Shown piece after piece: positions 35,968 to 48,436 of a DNA stretch of 64,000 nucleotides (position 1 is the first letter of the stretch; the number at the start of each line of letters is the position of its first letter). The DNA is from Felis catus (taxonomy: Eukaryota). A program made the position numbers and the translations under genes. Under the pieces are notes generated by a model, which saw only the letters and a list, made by a program, of their open reading frames with translations, was not told the DNA's origin and did not search any database. The stretch lies in contig NC_058376.1 of the NCBI RefSeq assembly GCF_018350175.1, positions 1,922,001-1,986,000 of the forward strand. The letters are read 5' to 3'.

Positions 35968-37399
35968 CCCGTGGCCTCCTAGGACCCCTCCTCTGTGGGG
36001 CCAGAAGCAGCTGCTGTCTGAACTCCCGGCAGGCAGACCTCGCCCACCTGAGACCTTCTGGACCTGACTAGACCATCTTACAGCAAAGCCGCCTGATCCC
36101 CACTAACCAAGCGGACAGAGTCACCCCCGGCGTCCCCCGACCCCAGCCCGGGTCGTCCACACGGCACCCACCCTGGCTGGTGCAAGCGCCCAGGCTCTGC
36201 AGCCGCCAGCACCGAGCTCTAATAAATCCCAGAGCGCATGTGAAGCCCACCCGAGCGTGTGCTGTCTCTCCTTAGTGCTTTCCCCAAACTGCTTCCTCCA
36301 GGGCTCGCTCCCAGGCTTCTGGAAAGCTCCTTCTGCAGAGAAGCCACAGGGGACCAGATGGCTGTGCCCGGGGGACTGACCACTCAAAGGCGGCCCCTTG
36401 GGCGCGTGGGCACTCCTAGCTCAGCCTGACAGGCCCCCAGGGCTTCCTGTGTCCCTTGAACGTGAGGTCAGTTCTCACTCAGCTCTGGGCGGGACCCAGG
36501 GTGACCCTCTGACTTTGTGAGGTTAAAAGTGCCCTGCTCGGCAATTACTACGCGAGCCCACCCCGGTCTAACCATTAAAACTGTCTGCTCCATACAGAGT
36601 ACAGCTCCTCCTGCAAACGTCCGGGGGCACAGGGCTTTGTGGGTAACTTCCGTGGGCCCTGGAGATGTCCGCGTCCCCATGCCCGGAATCAGCGACTGCA
36701 GCCCTACAGGCAAGGCGGCTTCCCAGACGGGGTGCACGGAGGGTCTCGCAACGGGAGACGCCCTGGAGTAGCCGGGTGGGCCCGTGTCATCCCAGGGACA
36801 GGCGGGAGATGAGCAGAGAGGGCGTGGTCGTCGGCACAAGGAAGCCGAGGCACACCGGGGTGCTGGGGGGGAAGCTGTTTGGGAACCGAGAAATAGTGTA
36901 AGAGGAACACCATCAAGGGGGGGTCCTTCCTACAGCGAACACATATCTGGAAACTTCCCTTATCGTGAGGTCACGGGATCATAGAGGATGTGAAATTCAG
37001 GAGTGGCTCTCAGAGCACCGGCCGTTCGCAGCCCTTCCTCGTCCTTGGTCCCATTCAGACCCCACCGCCAGCCACTGTCTCACTGTCATAGGTGCTCAGT
37101 CGTTGCATCAGGCCCTCGTCTTGTACACACCCTCCCTCCAGGACCCCGGGGCCACGGGCCCACCCACCAGGCAGCGGGGAGGCCCTCCCAGTCTCCTCAG
37201 TGACGCCTCGGAGGGGGCGACCGTCCTGGTCTCGGGCCTGACGGGTGACAGGGTGTCTGGGGTCGGGAGTTGCCCACAGACGGGCTCCCCCGAGATCTGG
37301 AGGGTCCCAGAACATGCTGCACCATGAACGGCGTTCAAGAAACTTCCAACGGTAATGACGGCCATCACCTCCGACTCATTCTCTCCTGGGCAGCGGTCC

Positions 37400-37862
37400 C
37401 CGCTGACGGTGTAGACGCTCTAGCTGGGAGTCGTCCCGCTGACGGTGTAGACGTTCTAAGAGCTGTCTGGCTGACCGTGTAGATGCCCCGTCTGGGAGCA
37501 GTCTGGCTGACCGTGTAGATGCCCCATCTGGGAGCAGTCTAGTCTGGCTGACCGTGTAGATACCCTGAATGTGAGCAGTCTAGTCTGATTGACCATGTAG
37601 ATGTCTATCTGGGAGCAGTCTGGCTATGTAGACGCCCTGTCTGGGAGCAGTCCACTGACCATGTAGATGTTCCAGCTGGGACTAGTCCTACTGACTGTGT
37701 AGACGCCCCTCTGTGAGCAGTCTGGCTGACCGTGTAGACGCCCCATCTGGGAGCAGTTGGGCTGACCGTGTAGATGCCCCATCTGTGAGTAATCTGGCTG
37801 ACCGTGTAGACACCCCATCTGGGAGCAGTCCAGCTGGCCATGTAGACGCCCCAGCCAGGAGC
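37400..37862. repeat. 36-bp minisatellite, about 12-13 units
   Basis: Unit agtctggctgaccgtgtagatgccccatctgggagc; translates as 12-aa repeats in the ORF track. Confidence 0.92.
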
Positions 37863-39405
37863 AGCTTGGCCTCAGGGTGGACGGCCACGCCTTCTGCAGC
37901 TGTGACCGACTTTCCCGGGGAGCCATCAGAAAGTCCTGGATGTTCTTGTGCCACGGGGCAGGGGTGGGGGCGGGGGCACGTCCTGCAGGGGCCCTGCCCC
38001 TCCCTCCCATGCACTATCCTGGCACCGTTGTGGGTTGTGGGTTGCTGGTTTCCACGTGAGTCAACATCCGTGCACTGCACTCTTTTTGGTTCCCGATGAG
38101 GCGGAACTTCCTCACGTCTCTCACTCTGTGCTGTGAGGAATCCAATCTGCCCGTCTATCTGTGCAGACGGTGGAATTTTTCTTAAAATTCGAATGGACGA
38201 GGTTTTGAATAAATGTGGGGAAACTGAGGGATCTAGGAGTCAAGGCAGGTAACAATCCAGCCCCTTTCTCTTCACAGGCCCCTGGGGATTTTGCTCTGTC
38301 TCTGCTTCCCTGGGAGGGGGGTGGGGAGAGCCAGCCTCTGCGAGGAGGTACCCCCCTCTCCCGGCTGCCGGCCTCTGCTGTTCTGCTCCCGAGGGCCTCT
38401 TCCGTCTGTCCCTGGCACCAGGGACAAATAGGGAGCCTGATGCTGACCTGGTGGGTCTGGCCGGTGCTCCCTGACCCTCTCTAGTGCTAGTGGTCCACTG
38501 AGACTGCAGGCTCGTCCTCTTCCACTGTCCTGAGGATTTGTTCACAAGGCAGCGTTTAGCTCCCTGTCTCCTCAATCAGGCCTTGAAACCTGGAGCAGAA
38601 TGCGTGATGCCTGAACCGACCCCTGCACCCCTCCTGGGGCCCGCGGGAATCTGCTGGTGCTTCAGAGCGTCAGCCCTCGTGCCCAGACCAGCACGCAGGC
38701 GTTCCTGTGTGTGGACGCCTCTCTCCAAGGGCGTCAGCGAGGTGTTACTGGGCCCTCGGGTTCCCACCAGGTAGGGTCCCACCTTTAACCTGCACGGGCA
38801 GGGGGCCAGGCGTGGGCAGGGCCCAAGGCCCACTCAGGGCGAGAGGCTTCTGCAGCCGCACTCACATGCCGGGCCCAGCCCGGGGAAGGCCTGGCTCTTC
38901 CCCGGAAGGAGGGTGGGGCCGTGGGGTGGGAAGGGAAGTGGAGTATGCGGATGGTGTCCGCGTGCAGATCTCCTCTTTCGGGGGCTTTGAACTTGGACTT
39001 GGAGGCTACGTCTTTATCACTTGCTTCCACCAGGCAGAGCAAACGCTGCCCGCGTTGGCGTGGTCTCTGGGCTCAGAGGAGAGGGAACAACACAGCCATC
39101 TCTGTTTCATGATCCAGACATTTTATTGATGATAGCAGTGGCCTTTGTCACCCGGAATGAGAGCAACCAGCCCTGCAGGGGAGGGCTCCAGGGTGCAGCA
39201 GCCCCCCCACCCCCCACCCCGTTGAGGGACCTGTCTTTGCAGAAAGGGAAGCCGGGCACGTCCAGATCCCCGGGAGGCAGCAGCTGTGCGTCCACCGAGG
39301 GGCAGGGGCATCCTGGCGCCCCCAGAGGGGTTCCGGGGCTCCTGAGAGAGGACGCCTGTGCTCTGGAGCAAAGATAGCAGCTCTAGAGGCAGAAGCTGGA
39401 GCCGG

Positions 39406-40443
39406 TCAGCAGCAGGGCTGGCCCGAGACAGGGCCGCAGCAGGCAGGGCGGGGGCACGCGGGGCGGCAGAGCAGGGACACGCAGGAGGCCGGGCGGCAGC
39501 AGGAGGAGGCAGGGGCACAGCAGGCGGGGCGGGGGCACGCGGGGCAGCAGAGCAGGGACACGCAGGAGGAGGGTCTGCAGCAGGGGCTGGGCTGGCAGCA
39601 GGAGGGGGCTGAGCACGGGGAGTCCTCGCAGCAGACAGGGGTGCAGCAGGGCTTGCAGCACGCAGGGGTACAGCAGTCTCCCTGGCAGGGGGAGGAGGGG
39701 CCACAGGACGGCTGGCAGCATGAAGAGGTTGTGCAGGGGGAGTCCTCACAGCACACAGGGGTGCAGCAGACGGGCTTGCAGCAGACAGGGGTGCAGCAGA
39801 CGGGCTTACAGCACACAGGGGTGCAGCAGGCGGGCCTGCACACGGGGTGGCAGAGCAGGGACACGCAGGAGGAGGGTCTGCAGCAGGGGCTGGGCCGGCA
39901 GCATGAAGAGGTTGTGCAGGAGGAGTCCTCACAGCACACAGGGGTGCAGCAGACGGGCTTACAGCACACAGGGGTGCAGCAGTCTTCCTGACAGGGGGAG
40001 GAGGTGCAGCAGGACGGCTGGCAGCATGAAGAGGTTGTGCAGGGGGAGTCCTCACAGCACACAGGGGTGCAGCAGACAGGCTTGCAGCACACAGGGGTGC
40101 AGCAGACGGGCTTGCAGCACACAGGGGTGCAGCAGACGGGTTTACAGCACACAGGGGTGCAGCAGACAGACTTGCAGCACACAGGGGTGCAGCAGTGTCC
40201 CTGGCAGGGGGAGGAGGGGCCACAGGCCAGCCGGCAGCAGGAGCCGGTGAGGGCCGACTGGCAGGGGCTGCACAGGAGTGTCAGGCAGGGGGCCGGGGCG
40301 CAGCACGGGGGCTCGCAGCAGCTCTCTGGGCAGTCGTCCACCTGCCAGGAGTAGTCGGGGCAGGAGTCCGAGGATCCGGGCAGGCAGACGCGGCTGTCAT
40401 AGCTCAGGTCGCTGGAGCAGACGGACAGGGTGGACGTGGCCAT
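39406..40443 (-). CDS. KRTAP10: Keratin-associated protein 10 family member, 345 aa
   Basis: ATG at 40443 ([20 protein letters not shown]...), Cys pentapeptide repeats, ends GPVSGQPCC. TATAAAA at 40548-40554, AATAAA at 39122-39127. Confidence 0.95.
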   Translation of the reverse strand: MATSTLSVCSSDLSYDSRVCLPGSSDSCPDYSWQVDDCPESCCEPPCCAPAPCLTLLCSPCQSALTGSCCRLACGPSSPCQGHCCTPVCCKSVCCTPVCCKPVCCTPVCCKPVCCTPVCCKPVCCTPVCCEDSPCTTSSCCQPSCCTSSPCQEDCCTPVCCKPVCCTPVCCEDSSCTTSSCCRPSPCCRPSSCVSLLCHPVCRPACCTPVCCKPVCCTPVCCKPVCCTPVCCEDSPCTTSSCCQPSCGPSSPCQGDCCTPACCKPCCTPVCCEDSPCSAPSCCQPSPCCRPSSCVSLLCCPACPRPACCAPASSCCRPASCVSLLCRPACPRPACCGPVSGQPCC

Positions 40444-40480
40444 GGCGGGGGCAGTGGGGCTGCAGGAGGGAGTGGGTGTG

Positions 40481-40527
<47 letters not shown>

Positions 40528-40547
40528 AGCTCCGGCTGTCTGTCGGC

Positions 40548-40642
40548 TTTTATACCTCCCGGCTGCGTGTTGTCCCAGCCGACGGCTCACACGCCTCCTT
40601 CCTTGTTGGTCTGAGAGCTGCTTGCAGGGTAAGCCCTCATTA
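40548..40642 (-). promoter_or_regulatory. KRTAP10 proximal promoter
   Basis: TATAAAA 40548-40554; CTTCCTTGTTGGT 40598-40610; CTCATTA 40636-40642. Confidence 0.7.
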
Positions 40643-41475
40643 GCACTGCTTTATTTTCTATGATTGGATTTTACTCAGTTGTCTTGTGAGTTTGTTGCAG
40701 GACTCTGTTTTCCCACATGTTCATTGTTTGGTTCCAGAAAACTTGTGGAAAATATTTGAGGCAGGTTTTGCTGAGTGAGGTTAGAGGGGAGCCCTTCTCC
40801 CAAGTGATGAATTCTGGTTACAGCTCCCCTGTTTGGAACTGCTTTAAATATTTTAAAATTCCTTTGAAGTCTGATAAAGTGCAACTCACCTTATAAAATG
40901 CAGAGGACTGGCTCATAGAAAGCTAAGTAACCACCCTGTGCCTGCGTCAGGAGCAGTGTTTCCATGCCCCCAGACAGGCTCAGTCTCAGCTCCTCTTCGT
41001 CCTCCATGACTAACTCAGAGGCCCCTTGTTATATTTCGAGATACATTCTGGACTTCTTTTTTCCATTTTCATTTGGCTATGTTAGAAGATCAAAAACATT
41101 TTTACATGTGGTGGTCGGTTTTATATTTTAGGACTTTTTTCATGTCTGAAATGCAGCAATTTATGATAGTTTGGCTGGGTATAGAATTCAGATTTTTAAC
41201 TGCTTGTTTCCTGAAAGCCTCAAAGGTACGTTTCCATTCTCTTGTGCTGCCATTGTTTATTCACCTTTTATCTCTCTCTTTTGTTTTATACTTGAGGAGC
41301 ACTTGGTTTTCTTTTTATTGTAGTTCTGAACTTTGTATGGTTGGAACTCGTCGAGCATTTCAGTGCGAAGGCTCACTTCAGGAAATGTTTGTGTACAACT
41401 GAAAAAAATATCTCATCTTTCCTTGTCTCTCTTTTTGTGCTCCAGTTAGACATCAGACCTTCTGGAACCAGCCAT

Positions 41476-41702
41476 TAAAAAAAAATTTAATGTTTATTTA
41501 TTTTTGAGAGAGATAGAGACAGAAAATGAGCAGGGGAGGGAAAGAGAGAGAGAGAGAGACACACACACACACACAATCCAAAATATGCTCCAGGCTCTGA
41601 GTTGTCAACGCAGAGCGTGACACAGGCCCAAACTTGTGAACCAGGAGATCGTGACCTGAGCCGAAGTTGGACGCTTAACTGACTGAGCCACACAGGCACC
41701 CC
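41476..41702 (-). mobile_element. Can-SINE with TSD ctggaaccagcc
   Basis: Consensus plus (GA)n(CA)n; TSD on both sides. Confidence 0.9.
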
Positions 41703-41855
41703 TGGAACCAGCCTTTCTGTCTCTCAACTTTTCTCTCATTTTCCTTATGTTTGTCATTTGCCCTCTTGACTCTCTTGGTTTTATGTTTTGGACCACGTTT
41801 CAGTCTTTAGCCATTTCTAGCCTATTATTTGGCATTATTTACAAGCTTACAGTTT

Positions 41856-42082
41856 TCTTTTTTTTTTTAATTTTTTTTTCAACGTTTATTTATTTTTGGG
41901 ACAGAGAGAGACAGAGCATGAATGGGGGAGGGACAGAGAGAGAGGGAGACACAGAATCGGAAACAGGCTCCAGGCTCTGAGCCATCAGCCCAGAGCCCGA
42001 CGCGGGGCTCGAACTCACCGACCGCGAGATCGTGACCTGGCTGAAGTCGGACGCTTAACCGACTGCGCCACCCAGGCGCCCC
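41856..42082 (-). mobile_element. Young feline SINE with TSD acaagcttacagtttt
   Basis: Near-identical to the SINE at 30914; perfect TSD. Confidence 0.95.
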
Positions 42083-44057
42083 ACAAGCTTACAGTTTTCA
42101 AACATCATCACCTGATTATTTCTTGTTCATAGCAGCTTGATTTCATCTTGTGATGTGAAGGAGATGTGTTCTCCGCAACTCTGATTATGGTACAGGTGTC
42201 TCCATGCTTTCCACCAAGTCTTACACGTCTATTTCATTGGACATCAGGCAAGGCCTGCTCAATGGTGTCAGTTCATTTGATTTTATGAATGAAAAACTTC
42301 GGGGGCATTGAGGTCCTGTTCCAATTTATATACAAATGTTTCCATCTGCGTCTCTTTTCTACAAACATAAAAAAAATCCCGAGCTTCCTTCCTGCTTTTA
42401 TACTATTTTGATTTAGTTTTCCTTATAATGTTTAAGATATCCTTTCTGTAGGCCTTCTAGGGGTTGTGGGAGAACCATGCATTTAATCCACTCCCCTGAA
42501 CGGAAGAATGCAGTGTTGCTATGGGAAATACGAATAACCACCTGGTACTACAGGGTGTTCCGGTGCTTTCCTGTGTAGACACACACAGTCACGGCGGGCA
42601 GCTTCCGAGGTCAGCCACTGTGTGAGGCGCCCCTCGGGGACCCACTTTCACAGATGCAAAAATGCTGGAGAAGTGAACCACTCAATGGTGGGTGGGAAGT
42701 TCAAGAGCCCACAATTCCGGATACATCTCTCATGCCCCCTGGTCAAGCCCCCAGGCCTGGCCCCCAAAGCCTGGGGTTTTGTGAGTGGGAATGGGGAGGG
42801 AACGCGGGCTTGAGGCCAGTGAGGTTGGGGGAGGCTGACGCTGGCTTTGGGGACAGGCCCTGGTGCCAGCAGGTGTTGGGGCTCATCCTCCTCTTCTGCT
42901 TCTGATTTGTGGCCCACGTCCCTGTGTGTGATGCCCTTTCCCTTGGCCCATACACTGCCTGCTTCTCCCTTCTCTGGACGGTCACAGCATCATTCAACTG
43001 CCCCTGCTTCAACCACATCTCCTCAGGGTTGCTGGCGCCCTGACCCAGGTCCGGACCCCTCTCTGAGATGGACCACTGTGGGTCGGGGGCTTCAGGCCGG
43101 TGCCGGCAGGCCAGGGTCAGTGGGAGATGGAACGATCACATGATTTCTGAAAACAGGAAGAAAAGCTCTGGGCATCTGGGCGGGGACAGAAGGGCAGCGA
43201 GCTGGGTCCTGGCTCGCAGGCACGGAGGCGCCAGCAGTGAGCGAGAGTCCGGAAGGCTGTGGCGCAGACAGCCACGTCAGTGGCAAGGGATTCACGTTTC
43301 GTGTCTTCCTTTCCAAGCGCACGCGTTCTGTTTATTTTGCTGTCATGGCACCAGCTGGGATGCCTGGTACAGCCCGAGCCCCTGGCAGCAGACCCTCCTG
43401 CCTCACTCCAGGGGGGAGCCAGAGTGCGTGATGGAGCGTGTGGCCAGGCCGACGTTCATGGCTTTGTGGTGGAATTTGGTTGAACTTACGTGGTTTCTTT
43501 GTCTTCCCAGTTTGCCAAGAGTTTTGCTTCGGGCTTTTGAGTAAAGAATGAGTCAGATTGTGCGTGTGTATGTGTTCATCTGTTGGGAGGAATTCTAACG
43601 GCTTTTCTGCTCCCCCTCTCCAGCATCATTGATCACGTTTCTAACCTGCATTCGGACATTGACTCGACTTTTTACTCTTGTCGGGCGGCTCCGTATTGGA
43701 TGAGCTAACGCTTTGGAATTTCTTACTTTGTATTCTTAGGTGAGCCCGGGTTACAGTCAGTTTCTGTGTCTCCCTCCCTCTAGAGAGAGGTTTTGGCATC
43801 AGAGCTTTACCAGGCGTGTTAAATAAACCCAGAAGACTTCTGGCTTTTTCTAAGCTCTGCAATGTTGTGAATGTAACAGGAAAGGCCTCTGTGTTGAAGG
43901 CTGGCGGTAGGCAACCTTACCGAGTCTATGCCTTTTGAAGATGAGACCCTTACATATCTTTTCAAGATCTTCTTTGGATATCGTTGTATTACAATTTTCA
44001 TCTTGTTAGTCAATACAGGCAACTTATAATTTCTAGAACTTGGTATATTTCATTTAC

Positions 44058-44258
44058 ATTTTCTTTTTTTAATGTTTGTTTATTTTTGAGAGAGAGGGAG
44101 AGAGAAGGGGGAGGAGGGGCAGAGAGTGAGGGAGACACAGAATCTGAAGCGGCTCCAGGCTCTGAGCTGTCAGCACAGAGCCCGACGTGGGGCTTCAACT
44201 TACGAATCATGAGATCCTGACCTGAGCCGAAGTCGGACGCTTAACTGACTGAGCCACT
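44058..44258 (-). mobile_element. Can-SINE
   Basis: Consensus match. Confidence 0.92.
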
Positions 44259-44285
44259 CCTATTCTTTCTTAATTTGTTTTTTGA

Positions 44286-44500
44286 GGGACACCTGTGTGG
44301 TTCAGTTGGTTAAGTGTCAGCTCAGGTCCGATCTCACTGTTTGTGAGTTCAAGCCCCGCGTACGGGCTCTGTGCTGACAGCTCAGAGCCTGGAGCCCACT
44401 CAAGACTCTGTGTCTCCCTCTCTCTCCGTCCCCCACGCACACTCACACACTCTCTCTCTCTCAAAAATAAATAAACATTAAAAAATAAAATAAAAAAAAT
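44286..44500 (+). mobile_element. Can-SINE
   Basis: Head gggacacctgtgtggttcagttggttaag, (CT)n and A tail. Confidence 0.9.
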
Positions 44501-46149
44501 TTTGTTTTTTCAAGTATTTTTTTCTAGAGTGTTGAGGGGAACACTTAACCTCTGTCCCGGAAGCCACGCACCAGGGGAGGTGAGGCTTTCTCGGTAATAC
44601 TGTTCCACACGCTCTTGTTTAGGCTACCGTGTTTTCGGGACTGTCCTACCACCACCGTAAGGCCAGGCCTCCCTAGGAAAGGCTTGACAGACTGCAGGCG
44701 GGTGAGTTTCTGCTTCGGAGGTGACGGATGGTGGTGTCACGGTAGGTGCCTCGGGATTCCCGCTGGGTCCCAGGCACGGATAGTATCCATGAACGTTCTG
44801 TGGACACGTGAAGAGCCCGGGCCATTTCCGTCTTGCCGGAGATCGCTGAGCAGAAGTTTAGGAGGTTCATGGGCAGTGAACTTTCCGGGCTCCTGTTGTT
44901 TAAAAGCCGTCCTCTGTGGTGAGTGGGGCAGGGCCAGAGGTTCCTCTATTTTCCGGTCTTTTCTCTTGCTAGAACCTTGTAGAAACGTCCCCCTCCTGGC
45001 CCCTGCCACCTCGGGTTACCGTAATGCTTTCATCGCCTCGTTTCATCTTGCTCCTCACAGCGTCTTCTGGCTCCAGGCGCGTTTGTGCAACTTTTATGCC
45101 ATGACTTTCTTCCGTGACTGGGGTTCGATCCATCCCCTTCCGCTCTGCTCGGGGCCACGGATGCTGGCCGGCTGCGTTTGCCCTCCTCGTGTCCTGAGCG
45201 CTTCGGACCTTCCTCGCTCTGTCCTTCTGTATCGCGTTCTGTGCAGATCCTTCCAGAATTAGCTTTTACCCACACGCTCTACTGCACACACTCTTATGTC
45301 TCCTTTTATCTGGAGTGTCATGCTTTTAGCTTCCAAGAAGTCCCAAGTATTTCCGTCCTTCTTCCCTCCCTCCCTCCCTCTGTCAGTCTGTCTGTCTTTC
45401 TGTCTTTCATAAGCATCCTGTTCTTACTTTAGGAAGTGGTAGCCTCTCCCTTACTTCAGTGTCCGCTTGACCGTTAGTTCAGAGATTTGCTTCTCTTCCA
45501 CACTTACGCTTTCCTTACGTGTTTGGAGACCTTCGGTGTTCCCGTGTTTATGCGAGGCTCTGGAGAGCTGGGTATTCGTTGGCGGTATGTGCTCTGCACA
45601 AGCAAACGTATCCTTCTTCGTGCAGAGCTGATGGCTGGGGCTCTGAGGAGCGGAGGGAGTGTCCTATCTTCCGGAAGTTTCTAAGAGTGCTGCGTGTTTT
45701 TCTCCAACCCTCAACCGGGATGGGAGCCTCCAGGCCACCCCGCCCCGTGTGGTTCCTCTCCCGCCACTGCTCTGCGTCAGCCGGACGCACCGGGGCCGCG
45801 CGAAGCAGGACTGCAATCCAGGAGTCCCTGGCCCAGGGGTCACACACAGTCTGTCCTCAGGTCAGCCCCTGACGCCCCCACCTCGGGCTGCTCCAGGTCC
45901 TCGGAGGAAAGCCACCGCGACAGTCTGCTGACACCTGCCGTACTTCCTGTCGAGGTTTAGAGTCAACCTGCGCTTTCTGCTCAGACTTTCCCAGAAGACC
46001 TTTTAAGGGCTTGGTCCCTGGGTGGCCCTCCTCGGTTTTCTCTCCCTGCCCGGGACTCACCGATTCTTGTTTGGATGCAGGGGAAATGGCAGCGTTCGTC
46101 AGCAAACCGGTCCAAACTGGAAATGGAATGAGGTTTTGTGTGTGTGTGT

Positions 46150-46360
46150 TTTAAGTTTGTTTATTTACTTTGAGAGAGAGAGTGAGCGCATGTGAGGAGG
46201 GGAGAAAGAGAGAGAGAGAGAGGGAGAGAGAGAATCCCAAGCAGGCTCCATGCTGCCAGTGCAGATCTCCACGTGGGGCTTGAACTCACGAACCGTGGGA
46301 TTGTGACCTGAGCCACAATCAAGAGTCTGACCCTTAACTGACTGAGCCCCCAGGCACCCT
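46150..46360 (-). mobile_element. Can-SINE (older subfamily)
   Basis: gagaatcccaagcaggctcc...gactgagcccccaggcaccc. Confidence 0.9.
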
Positions 46361-46389
46361 GAGGCTTTGTGTTTTTGACAGACTTCTTC

Positions 46390-46930
46390 TATATATATGG
46401 CTCACCTGCCGCCGTGTTGACCTACTCCGGGTGCACGGTCCGTGGTTTTATTGTGTTCGCAGACTTGTGCCGCCACCTCCACGCCTTAATTTTGGAGCCT
46501 TTTCACCACCCCTCCCCCTCAAATGTAGGGGCTGTGATGGTTACCAGTCGCTACCCTCTGCCTTCCCCAGCCCCCAGCCCCCTGCAACCTCCAGTCGCTT
46601 TCCGTCCCTGGATTGTCCTACTCTGGACATTTCTGATGAATGGGAACCCACGACATGTGGCCTTTTGCGTCTGGCTCTCACACTCAGGCCCAGCCGTGCT
46701 GGGGTGGACGGTGCTTCCCTCCTGATGAGACTCCGTCACGTGGCCCGGCCACATTTTGTGTGACCTCTTCGGCTGGTGGACATTCGGGTCGTTTCCACTT
46801 TTTGGTTACTGTGCGTCAGGCTGCCGCGAACACCGTGTCCGGATTTTGCTGGCACACCTGTTCTCCGTCTTCAGGGAAGGCGCTGGGAGGTGGGCCTGCT
46901 GGGTCACATTGTGACTCTCGGGAACACGTT
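46390..46930 (-). mobile_element. Old L1 3'UTR fragment
   Basis: ctctggacatttc...ggccttttgcgtctggct...ggacattcgggtcgtttccactttttgg. Confidence 0.65.
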
Positions 46931-48436
46931 TGGAACTTTCTTTCTCCAGCCTGTGCCTGGGACCCGGGTTCAGATGGGGCAGAAGGACACCGCAGTGGGG
47001 CCTCCCCGAGGGCGGCTGACACTTCCCCCTGGCGCGCTCCCGGGGGCCCAGGGCAGGCTGGGCCACGTTGGCTGTGACAGCGGCGTAGGACCAAGTAGAA
47101 GAGGAGGGGGAGGGAGCCCCGGGCCCTCTGCTGCCATCCGCTCCCCCTGCGGTGGCCAGAGGACACAGAGCCCGGAGGCTCAGGCCGTGTGGGAGCAGGA
47201 AAGCCAGACTCTCTGCTGCCTCAGGCCCTCACTGTGTCCCTCCCTAGGGAACTGGCTGTGCTACCAGGAAGGTGGGCCAGCCTGTGTCACCTTGGCCTCT
47301 AGCTCTGGGGGTGCCTGTCCTAGGGGGCGGCCTCAGGGAGGAGCAGGGGGGCAGCCATATGAGATGGGACAGCTCAGCCCGCTGTGCGTGCCTAGCCACC
47401 TGGCCGGCTGTCCTCCGTGCCTACTTGCTCTGTCCGTGTGCTTGGGATCCCGGACCGCGTGTCCCGTGGGGCGCCCTGGAGGGGGCCTGAGCCCCAGCCT
47501 GAGGGGCGGCGGGCAGAAGCCAAGCGGCCATTTGGAGAGGCCAGGCAGACCTCGGGGTGCGGGAAGGGCAGCCTGGGGGGCAGTATGCAGTCCTGCTCCG
47601 CCCCCCCCCCCACCCCACCGGGCCCCACCGGGCCTCAGGGGCCCGGTGCAGTGGGGGTGGGGGGGTGGGGGGCCAGGTCTTAGGGAACAGCGGATGTGGG
47701 AACATCAGACCAGGTGTCGGGATCCAGGAAATGGTCAGGAGGCAACCGGGAGGAGGCCGCACAGGGGCTGTGTCCTCAGTCAGTGAACACCGTACCCCCG
47801 CCGGCCGTGCCTGAAAGCCACGGTGGGGGCTTCTCCATCCTGGTGTGGGGTGGGGACAGGCCGGAGGAGAGGCTGCTGGGTGTGGGCAGCCAGCGAGCTG
47901 GAAGGGGGAGTGTGGCTCAGGCGCCCGTGGCTGCTGATGGCGTGGGGGTGGGCGTCCACTGTGTCCCACGAACCTCGGTCTTGGTTAGAGAGACAGCTTT
48001 TCTGAGATGGACCCGGGGGCCACGTGCTGGGGCCGGGGGTCCCCTAGGGCCCACGGGGGCCTGGCCTGTGGGGTTCCCAGAAGCCAGCACCAAGTGTCCA
48101 CCGTCACCCTGACCCTAGTGTGTCCACAGAAAGACAGGAGGTCGGCAGGAGTCAGAGACGGCTTTATTAGGACTCAGAGGTGATGTCACTGCTGGGGTGG
48201 GGCCAGGTCTGCTGGGGGACAAGGAACACCCCAGAGCTCATGGGGCTGGTGCCGCTGGGTGCCTTTGTGCAGCTGGGGTCAGGGCAGATGTGGTGAGCAT
48301 CCCAGGTCCCTGAATAAGCGGCCAGGCCGGGAGGAGGGCGCTCCTTCCCCTGGCGCTTGTGCCAGCCACAGGGGGCACAGCTGGCTTGAGGTCAGCGTCC
48401 TGCCCGGAGAGGACCCTGGGTGATGTCTAGGAAGGC

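Noticed and set aside
37400-37862. 36-bp periodic array superficially like a CRISPR array or a repeat protein
   Set aside because: Units are contiguous with no unique spacers, the context is eukaryotic, and frames are broken; it is a minisatellite.
40444-40590. N-terminal extensions of KRTAP10 ORFs in the ORF track (also 7380-7472, 49301-49441, 61161-61484)
   Set aside because: They start at or upstream of the TATA box, mostly at non-ATG codons, and read through the (CA)n 5'UTR.
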